Assembly: GCA_964016885.1 (NCBI GenBank)
Contig: OZ024741.1
Span: 35,898,001-35,962,000, forward strand
Length of the DNA stretch: 64,000 bases
From: Eledone cirrhosa
Lineage: Eukaryota
Direction: 5' to 3'
Part shown: piece after piece, positions 28,345 through 40,438 of the stretch
Layout of the letters: each line of letters begins with the position of its first letter
Position numbering within the stretch: position 1 is the stretch's first letter
Made by a program: the position numbers and the translations under genes
The notes under the pieces: model-generated
Told to the model about the DNA's origin: nothing
What the model saw: the letters and a program-made list of their open reading frames with translations, nothing else
Databases searched by the model: none

Positions 28345-28605
28345 GCAGGTGGCTTAGTGGTTAGAGAATTGGATTCACAACTGTGAGGTTGCAAGTTCGA
28401 TTCCCAAACCAGGTGATGTGTTATGTCCTTGAGCAAGACACTTTATTTCACATTGCTCCTTCTGTCAGGAGTTGCGACCAATAGATAGTATCAGCAATGG
28501 AAAGACCAATGGAAAAACCAATGAAAACATTGTTTCTTTTGTCAGATTTGACGAGTTCCACCGCACTCTGTAAGGGAACGAGGTCTGGAGTCTTGTCAAT
28601 CAATT
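28345..28605 (+). mobile_element. tRNA-derived SINE family B (minus copies at 16200-16408 and 14820-14962)
   Basis: A box tggcttagtgg, B box gttcgattcc, core tgtccttgagcaagacacttt. Confidence 0.8.
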
Positions 28606-30860
28606 AAATTCCTTTATTTATTCCAACATTTCTAAGATACATATAGCAAAACCTTTTCTCTGGTTTATTTTGTACTCTCCTTAGATTTTAAATAGCCATA
28701 CATTTTGCTATTTCTATTCCATTTCTTAATTAAACTAAAAGGACATGCTTTTTGAACAGGTATATATTTCAATTTGTTCAGTCTTTGATCACATTTTATA
28801 GCAAATTCATTTTACTAGGTAGAATTGAATGTTTAGGATAACATGGTGTGAGGAAAGGATACAAATCTTATAATAAATGTTGGTTTCTATCTTATATAAT
28901 TAATTAAAATGTGTAAAAATGGCAGTTTCTTCTGGTTGAATCCCATTGAAAATTGAATAGTATGGTTTACACTGTTAATCAGATTTTTAAATACTGTAAG
29001 TTTATCAACATTTTCCTGCCACAAAATAAAGTCATTTAGGCAATATTTCCATCTTGTTTTAATATGTAAAATGTGTTTCCAAATATCTGAAATGATTCAT
29101 CATAAATTTTCTTCTAGTGATATCTTATAGCGTTAGGATACCCAATGTAGTTTCTGGTATTTATTAGTACACTTATTTATCAAACAGGCGGTGAATTGGC
29201 AGAGTCATTAGAACGTCAGATAGAATGCTTCATGGTATTTGTTCTGGCTCTCTGAGTTCAAATCCTGCCGAGGTCAACTTTGCCTTTCATCCTTTCAAGG
29301 TCGATTAAAAAAGTACCAGTCTAGTACTGGGGTCGATTCTTCCTCTATATCTCTTTCTCATTTCCTCTCTCTCACTTTCTATCTTTTCTAGAAGAAATCT
29401 ACTGCACTCATGCCTTAACTGAGATGGGCTCCGCTAGGCTCTAAATGCCCAAGAAATGCTGTATGTCAATACAGCGTCCCTATGACTATCAGGAGTTATG
29501 GGACCATATATACAAACATTTATCAAACATAAAATATATAATATCATTCTAATGCCATCAATGGTAAAGTCTTTTTCAATGTGTTTCTGTAATTCAAATT
29601 GATATGTATCCAGACAATATGTAACTGCAACGAGTTCATAGTTGTAAAGGATCTATTTTAAATCAAAAGAAACAATAATTGCATTTTGGTTTACTGTTTT
29701 TTGGTTAAGTGATTAAGTATATCTAGATCATGATCATCATTTAACATCCGCTTTCCCTACTAGTAAGGGTTGGACAGGTCTACATAGATCAAGTCAGTAT
29801 TGAAGCGGGCATCTCAGATAGGCTGGAGAGGTCTGTATCCCGCCTATGTACAGTTATTATCAAGTGCAGAGAAGTTGTGCCTTTTGACACAAACTGAAGG
29901 ATCTTCCTAACCCCTCATTTGGTAAGCTTTCTACAGCTGGATGCCCTTCCTAACACCAACCACTTTACAGCATGTACTGGGTGCTTTTATTGTGTAGATC
30001 ATCATCATTATTTTTACATCTGCTTTTCCATGCCTGCATGGTTTTTAAATAAATATCTACATATTTTAATTCTTTTGCAATCATACTTCCAATGAAAGAC
30101 ACTGCCTATGATTTTCAAATGATTTTGAAAATAATCAGAAAAATGGAGAGATTTAGTAAAGTAACAAAATATTGATGCTTGAAGCCTAAGGTTTTTACAT
30201 AGAATTTCAATGGAAGATCCTTAGATAAATATAAACACTTTTATTTTTGTATCAAAGTGTTTGTATCAAATGGTTTAAGAACATTTTCAATACGATGTCC
30301 AAGAAATTACTCAAACTGTGTTTCACATGCAAGGCCCCCTAAAATCAGCCAAAACTTCAAATCATCTGGAGATGAGATTTTGATATATTTATTTTTAAGG
30401 TTTTTACAAGCCACTTTATGTATTAAAGAGAAACATTAAAATAGCTGATTATGGCAAATATTTTAGTTGTCAAACATTTGCAATGTATATTCAATAAAGT
30501 CAATACATTTCCCATATGACAATCAGCTTGTTACTTTTAAACTTAGTTCTGCCTCCATGTTAATTTTGTTCAGAGACATTTGTTCCCAGAATTTTCCATG
30601 TTGTTCTTTCTGATTTGTCAGCTATTGATTTCAGCAGTATTCAGAGTAAAAATAACATTTGGCTTTGTTCTTTTCATTTTCATTGTATTCCAAAAAGCAT
30701 ATTTTCTTGCCATGAAATGTTTTTTTCAAAATATATCCAAGTCTAGTTGTAACTCTTTCATTACTATATTTCTCATGAAAGACACTGCCATATCATTTCC
30801 AACTAACTTTGAAAATATTCAAGAATCTGGTGTGATTTAGTAATATAACTCTCATTATTT

Positions 30861-31281
30861 AGGGCGGTAGATTGGCAGTATCAGTAAAAGGTCGAATGCC
30901 ATGTTTTGCAGCATAGAGTTACAGCCATATACGATTTGAGTTCAAATCCCGCTGAGGTTAACTTTGCCTTTCATCCTTTCGGGGTCAATAAAATAAAGCA
31001 AGAGTAATGCACTGGGGTAATTTCTGGCATTGTGCCAAAAGTAGAAACAATTATTAAGGGCAGTGGATTGGCAATATCGGTAGAGCATCAGATACCATGC
31101 TTTGTAGCATAGAGTTATGGCCCTTTACGTTCCGAGTTCAAATCCTGCCGGGAGTTAACTTTGCCTTTAATCCTTACAGGGCTGATAAAATAAAGTACCA
31201 GTAATGCACTGGGGTCATTTTTAATTGACTTCTCCCTCACCTAAAATAGTTGGCCTTGTGCCTAAATCAGAAACCATTATT
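30861..31281 (+). mobile_element. Two tandem SINE family A copies
   Basis: 30861-31056 and 31058-31281, each with head, B box, core and ATT tail. Confidence 0.85.
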
Positions 31282-31508
31282 AAGTTCTTACTGAAAATTA
31301 TGATGGAGAGATGGGTTAGGTAACTATAGATACTTTAAACTAAACAGCTTAGTATTGAAGAATAAAAGGCAGTTTCAGATGTTTTGGGGTTGAAAAGCTG
31401 GTCAAGAGAGAGAGAGAGAGTCGGAAGGACAATGTGACATGGGAGGGTGTGTGGTATCTTTGCAGTGGAGTGGTGGGGGCAGGTATACCCAGCCGGACGG
31501 GCCAGCTA

Positions 31509-31540
<32 letters not shown>

Positions 31541-31545
<5 letters not shown>

Positions 31546-34500
31546 GGGTCTGCTAGATTCATTGAGGGTAAAAAACGATGTTATAAGCTTTTCTGGGTGG
31601 GAAACGACGATGGGCTGGGTGGAGTAGGAATCATGGTAGCAGAAAAGTGGGCAGATAAGATAATAGACGTAAATAGAGTGAACGACAGAATAATTAAAAT
31701 AAGACTTGTCCTCAATAGAACTACGGTGACAGTAATATCTGCGTACGCACCCCAATCCGGACTGCCCGGCACTATAAAAGACAGATTCTATGAGACACTG
31801 TTGCTAACTACCTCCCAAATATCTGACAGTGACTATATAATTATTGCAGGCGACCTAAATGGTCACGTTGGACAACATTGTGACGGCTACGACGAAATCC
31901 ATGGAGGCTATGGGTTTGGTACTAGAAATGAGGAAGGCTCCAGAATCCTGGAATACTGTGATGCAAATAACCTAACTATCTGTAACACTAACTTCAAAAA
32001 ACGTGACAATCACCTGATTACCTATAGATCCGGGGAACACACAAGCCAGGTAGATTATATCCTTACCAGAAGACGTGACAGAGTGTCTGTTGTAAACACT
32101 AAATCCCTCCCCCATGAAGAATGCACCTCCCAACATAGACTGATAATTAGCGACCTCATAGTCAGGACGAGACGTACCCGACAGCAGAAGAGGACTATCC
32201 TCAGGAGGAAAATATGGAAACTAAAGGACCCCACAGCCAGAAATAAATTTCAAAGCATATTACTTGATGCTTTCGACAGTAAGGAAGAGCATCTAGAATC
32301 GGACAATATAGAGGGACAGTGGAAATTTCTGAAAGCAAACCTGCTGTTGGCGACAGACGAGGTCTGTGGCTGGAGCAGGCCTGTAGGCAGGAGGAGAGTA
32401 ACATGGTGGTGGAACAATAGGGTGGAGGGGTCAATTAAGGCCAAAAAGCAGGCTTGGAAAGTATGGCGGGATGGGGGAAGTAGAGTAGACTATCAAGTGG
32501 CCAGGAGGGAAGCTAGGAGAGAAGTGTACTTAGCAAGAAGGGAAGCGGAGGAAAGAAAGTTCAAGCATGTTCTACAACGCGATGACCAAAAACGTGAGGT
32601 GTTCAGGATTGCCAGGCAATGCGTCAAGGAAAACCGTGATATTGTCGGGGAGAAGTGTGTACTTAACGATGATGGCATACTTGCCATCACCGACACTGAT
32701 AAGAAGGTAGCTTGGAAGTGTCACTATGAAAGGCTACTAAATGAGGAGAATAAATGGGAGAAAGACAGTCTCCCCCATATCGACCCGATAGAGGGACCAG
32801 CAGTGTTAGTCGAGGGGAGTATAATAAGTAAGGCAATCAAGGATATGAAGACTGGTAAGGCGGCTGGGCCTTCGGAAATAGTTGCTGAGATGCTGAAGGC
32901 ATCTGGCACGGTGGGACACACCATGGTCACCCGCATAGTTAACCAAGTCGTACAGAATGGGGTTGTTCCGAAGGACTGGCATAGCAGCATCATCGTTAAC
33001 TGTTATAAGGGTAAAGGAGACGCCCTAGATAGGAGTAACTATAGAGGCATTAAATTAATCGACCAGGTCATGAAGGTCACGGAAAAAGTAATAGCGCAAC
33101 TAATCAGAGAGAGAATTGATCTAGATGAAATGCAGTTCGGGTTTGTGTCAGGCAAAAGCACCACAGACGCTCTTTTCATAGTACGACAACTACAGGAGAA
33201 GTACCTAGCTAAAGGTAAACCCCTCTACTTAGCTTTTGTCGACCTGGAGAAAGCCTTCGACAGAGTCCCCCGCTCCATTATCTGGTGGGCTCTTAGAAAA
33301 CTAGGCGTTGACGAATGGCTTGTGAGGGCTATACAAGCCATGTATAAAGAAACAGTCAGCAAGGTTAGAATTAACAACGAATATAGTGAAGAGTTTAGCG
33401 TAAAAGTTGGCGTCCATCAGGGCTCTGTTCTCAGCCCCCTACTATTTATTATTGCCCTTCAGGCTATAACAGAGGAGTTCAAGACAGGCTGCCCATGGGA
33501 ACTCCTATACGCAGACGACCTGACACTCATAGCGGAATCAATGGCCGAGCTAGAGAAGAAATTCCAAACATGGAAGCACGGCCTAGAGTCAAAAGGACTT
33601 AAAATTAACCTGGCTAAGACCAAAGTTCTAGTTTGTAGGAAAGAAAACAAGGCGGCGGTCCCTTCTGGGAAATGGTCGTGCTCGGTATGTAGGAAAGGCG
33701 TAGGTAGAAACTCCATCTTATGTCCTAAATGCAAAGTATGGGTGCATAAAAGATGTAGTGGGATCACAGGTAAGCTAACTAAGAACATAGACTTTACATG
33801 TGGCCGATGTTCTGGTGCAATAAGTAGCAGCAAGTGCCCACAAAATACTAGCTCTTTCAATTGCGCAGAGGGTTCTATAGAAATAGTGGACAGCTTCCGT
33901 TACCTGGGCGATAAAATCAGCAGTGGGGGAGGGTGCTCTGAAAGTACTGTAGCTAGAGTCAGAACTGGTTGGAAAAAGTTCAGAGAGCTTATACCACTAT
34001 TAGCTGCTAAAGGGTTCTCCCTAAAAATGAAAGGCAGGTTGTACGATGCCTGCATACGAACAGCAATGTTGCATGGTAGTGAGACCTGGGCATTGTGTGC
34101 AGAGGATATACGCAGACTAGAGAGGAACGAAGCTTGCATGCTCCGCTGGATGTGTAACAGTAATATACGTGAACGGCAAAGCATAAACGAACTAAGGAAA
34201 AAATTAGAGATAAGAGGGATCAGATGTTGTTTACTCGAGAGAAGGCTGCGTTGGTATGGACACGTGATGCGCATGAAAGTCGATAGCTGTATTACAAAGT
34301 GCAGGGCAATAAAGATAGACGGTAGCCACGGAATAGGCAGACCTAGAAAAACATGGGATGAGCTGATAAACTCCAACCTCATACACTTACACCTCTCCAA
34401 GACAATGTCACTGGACCGTGACCTTTGGCGGTACTCAGTAACAGAGAAGACCCGCCTTGCCAGTAGGCATCTCTAACAAACTACACCCCGTCCCGCCACC

Positions 34501-34830
34501 ACCCCCACCCCATCCACACCACCCCGTTCCATGTAAAGTTATGTTGGTGCCGCGCCATCCAGGCCGAAACAAACGAGATCGTGTAGGTGTCACGACAAAA
34601 AAACACACAGTCCACGCTGTAATGTGGCCGTGTAGGCAACACGGTAAAAACCTCCCAGACCCACACTGTAAATGTGGTTGGTGTTAGGAAGGGCATCCAA
34701 CTGTAGAAAACCTGCCAGACAGTCCTATGCGAGCAAGACAATCACTCTTGCCTCAAGTGGGACTACCCCCGTCCAAACCCATGCAAGCGTGGAACACGGA
34801 CGTTAAACGTTGATGATGATGATGATGATG
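31541..34830 (+). mobile_element. RTE-clade LINE, young, 5'-truncated within the APE domain
   Basis: Starts directly after (TA)n in frame (GGSARFIEGKKRCYKLFWVG), has one long ORF, a 3' UTR, a (GAT)n tail and (TA)n beyond. Confidence 0.95.
31597..34476 (+). CDS. LINE ORF: APE endonuclease + reverse transcriptase with inserted PHD-like Cys/His finger
   Basis: 959 aa; GDLNGH, QVDYIL and SQHR (APE); NYRGIKL, FVDLEKAFD, GVHQGSVLSP and LYADD (RT); LRWYGHV and GRPRKTW (RTE C-terminus). Confidence 0.95.
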   Translation: MGNDDGLGGVGIMVAEKWADKIIDVNRVNDRIIKIRLVLNRTTVTVISAYAPQSGLPGTIKDRFYETLLLTTSQISDSDYIIIAGDLNGHVGQHCDGYDEIHGGYGFGTRNEEGSRILEYCDANNLTICNTNFKKRDNHLITYRSGEHTSQVDYILTRRRDRVSVVNTKSLPHEECTSQHRLIISDLIVRTRRTRQQKRTILRRKIWKLKDPTARNKFQSILLDAFDSKEEHLESDNIEGQWKFLKANLLLATDEVCGWSRPVGRRRVTWWWNNRVEGSIKAKKQAWKVWRDGGSRVDYQVARREARREVYLARREAEERKFKHVLQRDDQKREVFRIARQCVKENRDIVGEKCVLNDDGILAITDTDKKVAWKCHYERLLNEENKWEKDSLPHIDPIEGPAVLVEGSIISKAIKDMKTGKAAGPSEIVAEMLKASGTVGHTMVTRIVNQVVQNGVVPKDWHSSIIVNCYKGKGDALDRSNYRGIKLIDQVMKVTEKVIAQLIRERIDLDEMQFGFVSGKSTTDALFIVRQLQEKYLAKGKPLYLAFVDLEKAFDRVPRSIIWWALRKLGVDEWLVRAIQAMYKETVSKVRINNEYSEEFSVKVGVHQGSVLSPLLFIIALQAITEEFKTGCPWELLYADDLTLIAESMAELEKKFQTWKHGLESKGLKINLAKTKVLVCRKENKAAVPSGKWSCSVCRKGVGRNSILCPKCKVWVHKRCSGITGKLTKNIDFTCGRCSGAISSSKCPQNTSSFNCAEGSIEIVDSFRYLGDKISSGGGCSESTVARVRTGWKKFRELIPLLAAKGFSLKMKGRLYDACIRTAMLHGSETWALCAEDIRRLERNEACMLRWMCNSNIRERQSINELRKKLEIRGIRCCLLERRLRWYGHVMRMKVDSCITKCRAIKIDGSHGIGRPRKTWDELINSNLIHLHLSKTMSLDRDLWRYSVTEKTRLASRHL

Positions 34831-34887
34831 ATATATATATATATGTACACGTACATACATATATGTATACCGACGTACAGTAGTATG

Positions 34888-35109
34888 TCATCATCATCAT
34901 CAACGTTTAACGTCCGTGTTCCACGCTTGCATGGGTTTGGACGGGGGTAGTCCCACTTGAGGCAAGAGTGATTGTCTTGCTCGCATAGGACTGTCTGGCA
35001 GGTTTTCTACAGTTGGATGCCCTTCCTAACACCAACCACATTTACAGTGTGGGTCTGGGAGGTTTTTACCGTGTTGCCTACATGGCCACATTACAGCGTG
35101 GACTGTGTG
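34888..35109 (-). repeat. 222-bp inverted copy of the adjacent RTE 3' end
   Basis: Reverse complement of 34604-34825, one mismatch seen. Confidence 0.9.
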
Positions 35110-35967
35110 ATATATATATATACATACATGCACACATATATATATGTACGTATGGATTCACCGAACATTTATTATAATGCTCGGTGTGTTTGTAAACAAA
35201 CATCCCGTATTAAGCCGTAGTGTCCAGTAACCATCGTTGCTCGTTTGTTCAACACTGACAAAGGAATGCTGTACTAGTTTCAAGCTTATTAGCTATCGTC
35301 AGCAACGTATATATATGTGTGCATGTATATATATATACATACTACTGTACGTGTGTATACATATATGTATGTACGTGTACATACTTATATTTAAGTAACA
35401 GCCGTACTAAGAGTGGGAAATGAAATTTCGTTTCATTTTTTCCGTTTATCGTTTTCGGTGCACCCGGCCGATTAACCCACTCGATATGCAAATTGGGCTA
35501 CTCAGCCGTTAATATGCATAAGGTGAGTATATACGTTCAACAATCTGGCAGGAAGGTAAAGCGCGTGTTTGGCCTGCTAGAAACAGCATCCAATTTCACT
35601 CAAATACACCTTTTTTTTTAAAGTAAAACAACAAACATTTTGAGAGACTGGTAGTTCTCGATATACAAAAAGTCGGGATGGTTACGACTGGAACACCTTT
35701 GGTCAAAGGGGTCTTACTCCAGTAAGGTTGACTTGTTAAACATAAATACCTCAAATCTCTAGGATGAGGATGAATCTAAAAACAGACACACACGTGCATT
35801 ACACACACATATACATATGTAGGAAAGAATCTACACATATATAGACACATTTATAGACATACACACATACAAATATACAGGCACACGCAATATATATATA
35901 TTGTGTTTATATATATATAGAGAGAGAGAGACAATATACACACATGATGTACACATACATACACACG

Positions 35968-35999
<32 letters not shown>

Positions 36000-36819
36000 G
36001 AGGTTATATTTAATTTGTTGGGATTCAACAAGCTTAATAAATGTTATAACTGATATAAAGCACTCAACAATTAGTGGAGTAAATACACAATATATTAATA
36101 AATGGAAACTATATTTATAAAACCATATTTATTTTATTTTATTATATATATATATATATATATAAACAATGAGTTATATGGTTTGTTGATTATTATTCAA
36201 CAAAGTTATTTTTATAATAGATTTGAAGCACTCTACAAATTTTATCTGGAGTATTATTAGTGGATTGGCAGTATCGGTAGAGGGTCGGACGCCATGCTTT
36301 GCAGCAAAGAGTTACGGCCCTTTATGGTCTGAGTTCAAATCCCACCGAGGTTAACTTTGCCTTTCATCCTTACGGGGTCGATAAAATAAAGTACCAGTAA
36401 TACACTGGGATAATTGCTGGCCTTGTGCCAAAAGTAGAAACAATTATTAATATTAACAATATTAATAAATGGAAAATATCATTTATAATACCATATTTAT
36501 TTTATTATACGTACTTTATTATACTTATACGTATACAAAGTATACAAAATATAATTATTTCTAATTTTGGCACAAAGCCAGCAATTACACAGAGCGTTAT
36601 TTGGTGTTAAGATATTGACATACCTTAGCGTAGACTTAATAGTATAAGCTCGCTATCGGCAGTGAGGAACAATTCCAATCACAAGTGATATAAGTTAACA
36701 AGGATATATTAAAACAGAAAAGGGCCGTTATTATAGACGCTAGAAAAATTGTGAAAAATAGCGTATTTATATTGATCGTGTGGCGGTGAATAAAGGGTGA
36801 AATATTTAGTGTAGAATTA

Positions 36820-36861
<42 letters not shown>

Positions 36862-36866
36862 CGTGA

Positions 36867-36905
<39 letters not shown>

Positions 36906-37260
36906 ATACGTGAGTGTATATATATATATATACACACAATCCGTGTGTATGTATGTGTACATCATGTTTGTACAAACATGATGTACACATACATACACAC
37001 GTATATATATATATATATATACACACACACAAACCGAGAGGAACAACGCTAAGTGTATTCCTACTAAAATGGTTTAAGATAAACGGGATAATATTTGTGA
37101 GGAGACACGAAAGTAGAACTAATAAATAATCAACAATATTATTCAAACAGTTGAGTAAAAACGTACAAGTTGAACAAAAATTAGAAAAAGGGATCCATAT
37201 ATATACATATACACACACATATATATACATAGATTTTCTTTTAATCCAAGATAAACTTAC

Positions 37261-37348
37261 CTAGAATATCCTCTGAATTATCTTCCGAACTAAACTCCAC
37301 TTGTTCCTCTCTGCCATTTACACGTAAATAAACCGCTTTTGTCGACAT
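37261..37348 (-). CDS. Candidate first coding exon of a PDE9-like cGMP phosphodiesterase (MSTKAVYLRVNGREEQVEFSSEDNSEDIL, phase-1 intron)
   Basis: ATG with A at -3, 29 open codons + 1 nt, then a strong donor AG|GTAAGT (acttac at 37255-37260). The peptide resembles, from memory, the PDE9A N-terminus ([26 protein letters not shown]). No second exon was found in the window. Confidence 0.55.
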
Positions 37349-37468
37349 GATTGGCTTTTCTGACTGTCAAACTCTCTCTCTCCGCGTGTATATATGTTTA
37401 TATAATTATTTGAGCAAGTATATATTGGATATAAATGATATGTGGGGACATATATACGAATTATGTTG

Positions 37469-37500
<32 letters not shown>

Positions 37501-38264
37501 AATAATAATGCCTTTGGCAAAATGTGTAGACAAGTGTTAGATAGGTTGTGTATATATATATATATATGTGTGTGCCCGACAAAATGTTTGTGTGTATATA
37601 TAAATGTTTGTTTAAATGTCTTATATTGTTGAATTCTTCTGAATGTATGTATATTCAAGCAAGACTGTGTGGGTACACAACAGACCATGTGTTTACTTCG
37701 CCGTCTGTGCTTTAAATGTATGTATGTGTTGAAAAAAATGTTTAGTATGCAGACAACTTTGTGTATATATGTTGATGTGTATGAACGTACGCTTCTACTT
37801 CTATTTAACTATCAGGGCCTGTGTATATGTCAAAACTTTGGTATTTTTGTATGTACACGCGCGAGTGCGTGTGTATATGTGTGTGTATATATATGTGTAT
37901 GTATATATATAGAGAGAGAGAGGGAGAGAAACGCGAAATATCGAAGAATACCAGACAGTATGTATATGTATATACTGTATGTTTGATTAAAGGGAACTGT
38001 AAGATATAAATGTGAATCTGCGTGTGTTTATAGTTAAATGTGTTTCAGTGTAGATGTATGTTGAGTGAGAGTCTTTCTCTAAACTTTCTCCTCCACTCTA
38101 TGTTGATGTTAAGCTATCTTCACAGTTCCGCCTCTAAACTGCTTCTTCTCTGGATACGGTAACAACAATATTATTGTTGTTGTTGTTATTGATAATGATG
38201 ATTTCTGATATATATCAAATATATAAGAACCGTAGAGCAAATATTTATTAAAATAACAGATTAA

Positions 38265-38315
38265 AGTTTAAGCAAAGAATCGCTGCTTTCACCCTTAACG
38301 GGATCTTCTGAAACT
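38265..38315 (-). ncRNA. Hammerhead motif with mutated core (CAGAAGA)
   Basis: agttt CAGAAGA t ccc gttaa ggg t GAAA gca...tgc TT aaact; the sister copy at 47838 has CTGAAGA. Confidence 0.5.
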
Positions 38316-38339
38316 CATTTGATCTAGCTTAACATCTAA

Positions 38340-38376
<37 letters not shown>

Positions 38377-38407
38377 AGATCAAAAGATGGTTAAAAGAGT
38401 TCCAAGT

Positions 38408-38476
38408 ATTTTATTATGCGCATTTCAAAAAGAAATATCATCATGTGATGATATCTGCGTTTTCATCAGATAAAAT
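38408..38476 (-). ncRNA. Type I hammerhead ribozyme motif
   Basis: attttat CTGATGA [stem II] GAAA tgcgca TA ataaaat; 7-bp stem I and palindromic stem III. Confidence 0.75.
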
Positions 38477-38930
38477 AGGGATACATGATATGAAGGTTAA
38501 AAAACACTTGTTGAATAGTGAAGTTTTAAATCATTGTAGAGTGCTACTTATCCGATATTTGCGTTGCTTTATTGTGCTACAATAAAACTCACCTACTACA
38601 TATATATATATACACACACGTATATATATATATAGGTGTGTGTATATATATATGTGTGTGTGTGTATGTATATATTAATAAAAGCTGTGAAGTTTCGTTT
38701 ACATGTATTTAGTTTTTTATTGTGTATCGACCTGTTACGCGCGTTTCACAGTATTTCACTGGATCACACACACACTATATATATATATATACATTCTCTA
38801 ATGAATTACGTTTATTACGTTTTCGCACTTTCACATAGATAGGATATAAATAAAATTTTCTATCAGGTTAATCACTACTTTGATTAAATCTTAACCATTT
38901 AACATCTCAGGGTATGTCATGTATCATTAT

Positions 38931-38983
38931 ATTATGTCTGATGAGAACGTACTGTTGTACATCCGAAATATGTATAATAAAAT
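38931..38983 (+). ncRNA. Type I hammerhead ribozyme motif
   Basis: attatgt CTGATGA gaac-gtac tgtt gtac-atcc GAAA tatgta TA ataaaat. Confidence 0.65.
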
Positions 38984-39121
38984 GTAATTGATCAAAAGAA
39001 CATCTATTTTATTAATACTTATATTTTAATATTAATAACTCCAGAAAATTATTTTCGTTGAGTGCTTCCAATCTACTGTAAAACTCATTCTTTGACATAA
39101 TCATTGAATATTGTTTAACAA

Positions 39122-39235
<114 letters not shown>

Positions 39236-39300
39236 GTGTGTGTATATGTGTGTATATAAATATGTATATATATGTGTGTGTATATATATATATATATATA

Positions 39301-39637
39301 TGTAGGAGGTGAGTTTTATTGTAGTACAATAAAGCAATGCAGATATCGGATAAGAAGCACTCTACAGTTTGTAGGACTGGAGTATGCATAATATAAGATC
39401 AAAAGATGGTTAAAGGAGTTCCATGTATTTTATTATGCGCATTTCAAAAACAAACATCATCATGCAATAATATTTGTGTTTTCATCAGATAAAACAGGAG
39501 AACATGATATGAAGGCTAAAAAACACTTGTGGATAGTGCAGTTTTAAATCAACATATGATATGTTGATTTAAATGATGTTTGTTTTTGAAATGCGCATAA
39601 TAAAATACATGGAACTCCTTTAACCATCTTTTGATCT

Positions 39638-39644
<7 letters not shown>
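39301..39644. mobile_element. Fold-back PLE-type insert: 72-bp arms, 88-nt tail
   Basis: 39389-39460 / 39573-39644 are inverted; hammerhead inside; (TA)n flanks; rearranged sister copy at 38371-38600. Confidence 0.75.
39428..39494 (-). ncRNA. Type I hammerhead ribozyme motif
   Basis: ttttat CTGATGA aaacac...tgttttt GAAA tgcgca TA ataaaa. Confidence 0.72.
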
Positions 39645-39717
<73 letters not shown>

Positions 39718-40089
39718 AAATTTCAGGTTATCAATAATGTAGTGATAATATATCGTTACGTTAGAGATGAACAGCGTACGTGCAGGTTTGCTCAACGAGT
39801 ATAAATTATATTCCGGAGAAATGTAGAAAGGATGAATATAAAATGAAAGTGCTTTTGTTAAAAAAGGAATTTATTAGGTATTGACATATGTTTCTGTAAC
39901 AGACCGAATACCTATGTATCGCTGCTTGCGTAATCATATAATGTTAGCAAGTATTCGATAGCAAATGTATAATCAGTTGTCACTTCTTCAGAGATTTTGG
40001 ATAAACTGGATAAAATCAGAAAAATTGAAGTATTTATATTAGTAAAAGAGGAAGGAACAGAGGGGATAGAATCTATAGAGGGGATAGAA

Positions 40090-40430
40090 TCTATCTTTGC
40101 GAACCCAGTAGCTATCATCGAATTTAACTATAGTTTTTCTCGCTTCCATAATAATTTTAATTTCAGCATCCGTAAGGTCGGAATTATCCTTAGCGAACGA
40201 AAGAGCTTCATGTAGAGTATCAGGTGAAATTGAGGAATAATATTCATCAATATCAAACTGAATAAATTTTGATTTTTTTCTTATCAGTAATGTTGTTAAA
40301 CCATCTTATTGCTTCATGAGTGTTACCCCATAGTTTAATCTCTACTTTAACCTTAACTTGGGGGATAATTCTGTCTAGTATATATTTGCTAATTTTACCT
40401 ATATCAGATTTAGAGGGGCATATAAGTCTA
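40090..40430 (-). pseudogene. Inverted N-terminal part of the same PLE RT
   Basis: Minus strand reads RLICPSKSDIGKISKYILD...FIQFDIDEYYSSIS...IIMEARKTIVKFDDSYWVRKDR, overlapping the plus-strand ORF start. Confidence 0.85.
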
Positions 40431-40438
40431 AAATTATT

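Noticed and set aside
28345-28420. tRNA gene
   Set aside because: The A/B boxes belong to multi-copy SINE heads and there is no clean cloverleaf.
32201-34400. Antisense ORFs over the RTE (and likewise over the Tx1 and second RTE ORFs)
   Set aside because: Shadow frames of genuine LINE ORFs with no independent motifs.
36943-37000. Short perfect palindrome as a miRNA hairpin
   Set aside because: Built from low-complexity TA/CA sequence also found at about 35945; probably a local snap-back.
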